Shown here: one piece after another, positions 61,312 to 64,000 of the stretch | Position numbering within the stretch: position 1 is the first letter of the stretch | How the letters are laid out: every line of letters begins with the position of its first letter | NCBI GenBank assembly: GCA_038869515.1 | Contig: JAWCQZ010000003.1 | Location: 193,652-257,651 of the forward strand | Direction: 5' to 3' | From: Halobacteria archaeon | GTDB taxonomy: Archaea > Halobacteriota > Syntropharchaeia > JACQPP01 | DNA length: 64,000 nt | The notes under the pieces: generated by a model | Databases searched by the model: none | Seen by the model: only the letters and a program-made list of their open reading frames with translations | Told to the model about the DNA's origin: nothing | Position numbers and translations under genes: made by a program

Positions 61312-63063
61312 ATGTGGCTGGGAGAGTCCCGTCGCGACAAGGTCCCCGAGCGGGAGTACCGGATTCTGGAGAGCCGCTCCCGCTTCCTGAAGATTTTCCT
61401 GAATCCGCCCTTCCGCAACGAGGCCCTCCTCCTCTTCATTGCCGTCGCTTCGGTGGCCACGGGCGTGGGTGCGTGGGGGGTCTCGGGCGACCCGGGGGCC
61501 GTTCTCGAAGGGCTGCTGGCGATCGGCGCGGCCTCGGCGGCGGGGGGCGTCGTGGCGGGCTGGAGGCGGGGCCGGTCCCTGTCGGGACTCCTCCCGGGCC
61601 CGCTCGTCTTCGCACTCACCGGGGCGCTGGTGACCGGCGTCTTCTTCGTCGCCGGAGCCGCAGTGGGCCACCGCCACGCAGCCCTCGCCTTCGGCTACGC
61701 GTGGCTCTTCCCCTTCGCGCACATCGTCTCGGCCCTCCTGGAGGGTCGCCCCCCGCACCGCCACCCGCCCCGGACCGGCGCCCAGCCCCTCTTCGGCATG
61801 CTCCTCCTCTTCCTGCTCCGCCCCGAGACCCTCTCCCTGGCCCCCCGGGCCGCGGTCGCCACCGCCCTCCTCACGGCCGGGGGCGTCTTCCTCTACCACT
61901 CCGCCGAGAGGCGGCTCCTGGCCCGCGTGGGCATCCCCGTCCGGGCGGTCATCTCCTTTTACCGCGAGGCGGTCCTGGGCCGCACGCCAAACATCCGGTC
62001 GCTCGTCAAAGGCGAGGAGGCGGACCTCTGGGTGGACGCCCTGGCGTTCCGGGGCGCCGGCGGCGGCCCGATGAAAGCCGTCCTGGTCACCACCTCGGTC
62101 CACCCCGGATTCATCCGGCCCATCGAGAGCGCCGACATGCCCCGCCGCGTGGGACGGCTGCTGGAGGACCTCGGGCCCGCGGTGGTCCTCAAGGGGGCCG
62201 CGACCCACGAGCAGGACCCGATGGAGGACGTCTCCGAGGAGATCGCGAGGGGCGTCCGGGAGGCGGTCGGCCGCATGGCCTTCTCCCCCGAGGCGGGCGA
62301 GCCCGCCCGGGCGGTCCAGGGACGCGCGGTGGCCACGGTCCGCCGCATCGGCCCCGCGGCCATGGCGGTCACGACATTCGCCCCCCACCCCACCGACGAC
62401 GTGGACGTGCGGGTCCACGCCGAGGTGGAGGCGGCGGCCCGGGAACTGGGCTTCCCTCTCTTCTTCGTGGACGCCCACAACTGCCACGGGCCTGAGGGAA
62501 TGACCGTGGCCGGGACGGACCGGGCGGGGGAACTGGTGGCGGCCTCCCGCGTCGCCCTCAAGAGCGCTGTCGCCTCGCCCCCCCGGAAGTTGCGCCTCGG
62601 CGTCTCCCGGAGACCCTTCGGAGCCGTCCTCCTCTTTGAGACCGTTCCCGGGGACCGGCGGGACCTCCTCGTCGTCCTTGACGAGAACAACATGCTCCCC
62701 TCTGCCCGCAAGGTCCTCCGGGAGGTGCTCTCGGTCCCCGGCGTGGTCCACGGCGACGCCATGGAGTTCTGCACCTCCGACACCCACCGGACCATCGACG
62801 TCGGGACGGTCCACAACCCCCTCGCTCCCGAGGATGTGGAGCGGAGGACGACCGAGTTGCGGACCATGCTCTACGAGGCCGAGCGGAGCCTGGAGGAGGT
62901 GGAGGCGGGCTACGGGCGCTCCCGCCTCCGCACCGCCGTGTTCGGGAGGAAAATCCTCGAGATGAAGGCATTCTGGGAGGAGGAGGCCCGGCGGGGCCGC
63001 TGGTTCTACGGCCCCTTCCTCCTCTCCCTCTACGCGGCCGCGGTCGCGGTGTTCATCTTCTGA
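61312..63063 (+). CDS. Large archaeal membrane protein (N-terminal multi-TM region, ~330-aa soluble domain, C-terminal TM helix). Possibly DUF2070-like.
   Basis: 583 aa with plausible composition. The family name comes from recall of the overall architecture only. Confidence 0.65.
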   Translation: MWLGESRRDKVPEREYRILESRSRFLKIFLNPPFRNEALLLFIAVASVATGVGAWGVSGDPGAVLEGLLAIGAASAAGGVVAGWRRGRSLSGLLPGPLVFALTGALVTGVFFVAGAAVGHRHAALAFGYAWLFPFAHIVSALLEGRPPHRHPPRTGAQPLFGMLLLFLLRPETLSLAPRAAVATALLTAGGVFLYHSAERRLLARVGIPVRAVISFYREAVLGRTPNIRSLVKGEEADLWVDALAFRGAGGGPMKAVLVTTSVHPGFIRPIESADMPRRVGRLLEDLGPAVVLKGAATHEQDPMEDVSEEIARGVREAVGRMAFSPEAGEPARAVQGRAVATVRRIGPAAMAVTTFAPHPTDDVDVRVHAEVEAAARELGFPLFFVDAHNCHGPEGMTVAGTDRAGELVAASRVALKSAVASPPRKLRLGVSRRPFGAVLLFETVPGDRRDLLVVLDENNMLPSARKVLREVLSVPGVVHGDAMEFCTSDTHRTIDVGTVHNPLAPEDVERRTTELRTMLYEAERSLEEVEAGYGRSRLRTAVFGRKILEMKAFWEEEARRGRWFYGPFLLSLYAAAVAVFIF

Positions 63064-63079
63064 GGGGCATCCCGTCCCC

Positions 63080-64000
63080 ATGTCCGCGCGCCGCTCCCTG
63101 ACCGACGGGACCTTTCCGGTCCTCGCGCGCCTGTACGGAGTCCAGGGGCTGATGGCGGCGGGCATCTCCTTCGGCTGGAGCCTGATGTGGCTCTACTGGT
63201 GGAAGCAGGGGCTCTCCCTGGCCACAATGGCCCTCTTCCACGGCGCCTTCTTCGGCGTGGCTGCGCTGGCGACCCTCCTCTTCCGCTCGGTCCCGATGCG
63301 CGCGGGGATGGCCGTCGGGCTCCTCCTCCGCGGGGGCTCCCTGCTCGCCGCCTTCTTCGTCGCCACGCCCCTGCACCTGGCGCTCCTCGTCGTGCCCCTG
63401 AGCATCGGCCTCTTCCTCTTCTGGATTCCGTTCAACGTCGCCTACTTTCGCCGGACCTCCCGGGACCACCTGGCCCTCACCCTCGGGCTCTTTTTCGCCG
63501 TCTTTCCGGTCCTGAACGCGGTCCTCCCCGCCCTCGCGGGCGGGTTGGCGGCGTCGGCGGGGTTCTTCCCGGTCTTCGTCCTCGCGGCGCTCTTCATGGC
63601 GCTCGGGTGCATTCCCATCCGCGGGCTGGAGCGCGACCGGGTCCCCGTGGATCTCAAGGGCGCGCTCGGCCACCGGGCGCGCTGGCTCATGCTCCTGGAG
63701 GGCGGGTGGCAGGGAGTGACCTTCGTCGCCGTCCCGTTCTTCACTCTCACGTTCGTCGACCGCCCGGCCGAGTACGGGGGGGTCCTCTCCCTCTTCGGGC
63801 TGGCCGGGGTGGCGGCGAGTCTCCTCCTCGCCTGGTCCTCCGACCGCCTCCACCGGCGCCGGGGGTTCCTCGTCCCCATCACCGCGGCCATGTCCGCCAC
63901 GACCCTCCTGGCGGCGACCTCCACCACTCTCCTCCAGTGGGAGGTGCTGAACGGCATCGCCTCCTTCACCGCCGCCCTCGCGCCCGCTTTCATGACCGCC
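63080..64000 (+). CDS. Major facilitator superfamily-like transporter, 3' end beyond the right edge of the window
   Basis: Not in the ORF track (no stop in the window). ATG 63080 opens a frame read to 64000 (307 codons) that encodes successive hydrophobic helices with short basic loops (..FRRTSRDH.., ..DRLHRRRG..). Confidence 0.7.
   Translation, partial: MSARRSLTDGTFPVLARLYGVQGLMAAGISFGWSLMWLYWWKQGLSLATMALFHGAFFGVAALATLLFRSVPMRAGMAVGLLLRGGSLLAAFFVATPLHLALLVVPLSIGLFLFWIPFNVAYFRRTSRDHLALTLGLFFAVFPVLNAVLPALAGGLAASAGFFPVFVLAALFMALGCIPIRGLERDRVPVDLKGALGHRARWLMLLEGGWQGVTFVAVPFFTLTFVDRPAEYGGVLSLFGLAGVAASLLLAWSSDRLHRRRGFLVPITAAMSATTLLAATSTTLLQWEVLNGIASFTAALAPAFMTA

Noticed and set aside
61201-63165. 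654-aa minus-strand ORF antisense to the large membrane protein gene
   Set aside because: Arg/Gly/Pro/Asp-rich with no motifs. The plus-strand frame encodes clear TM helices and a balanced soluble domain.

Overview
High-GC (roughly two-thirds G+C by eye), gene-dense archaeal chromosomal segment. I call about 67 protein genes, 3 tRNAs and one stand-alone 16S rRNA gene. All family assignments come from by-eye motif recognition on the ORF translations, with no database search. Archaeal hallmarks include Orc1/Cdc6, a histone, FtsZ plus CetZ, AglB oligosaccharyltransferase, prefoldin-alpha/FtsY, ATP-dependent DNA ligase, deoxyhypusine synthase, RibL and RbkR-RibB. The unlinked 16S gene and the RbkR fusion suggest a Thermoplasmatota-like euryarchaeon, but that is inference only. 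Main blocks: (i) a giant secreted, Asn-rich surface protein of at least 1328 aa that runs off the left edge and is absent from the ORF track. (ii) Pyrimidine and cofactor genes (pyrF, pyrK, pyrD, ribL, mptG-like, moaE, rbkR-ribB). (iii) An N-glycosylation island with aglB, two GT4 genes, an epimerase and a GT-C enzyme, which also holds a TIR-like domain gene. (iv) A variant System I cytochrome c maturation operon (ccmABCDE with CxxxY-type CcmE), followed by a lipoprotein cytochrome c and a lipoprotein cupredoxin. (v) A same-strand run wHTH protein - PRC-barrel protein - CetZ - type I membrane protein - small acidic protein - pfdA - ftsY. (vi) A small islet next to the 16S gene with a zinc-ribbon/AbrB regulator, an N-terminally truncated CN-hydrolase and an orphan SPPY DNA methyltransferase. 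There is no CRISPR array, transposase or integrase. The best candidates for something undescribed are the TIR-like gene in the glycosylation cluster, the CetZ/PRC-barrel/membrane-protein module, a DRG-like protein with a degenerate GTPase core, and two families of conserved intergenic hairpins (CGCAGAACTC...GAGTTCTGCG, and G-tract/C-tract hairpins just 3' of two tRNA genes). Many long ORFs in the track are out-of-frame or antisense artefacts of the high GC content. Several real genes needed trimming to internal starts. The track uses GTG and TTG as M.
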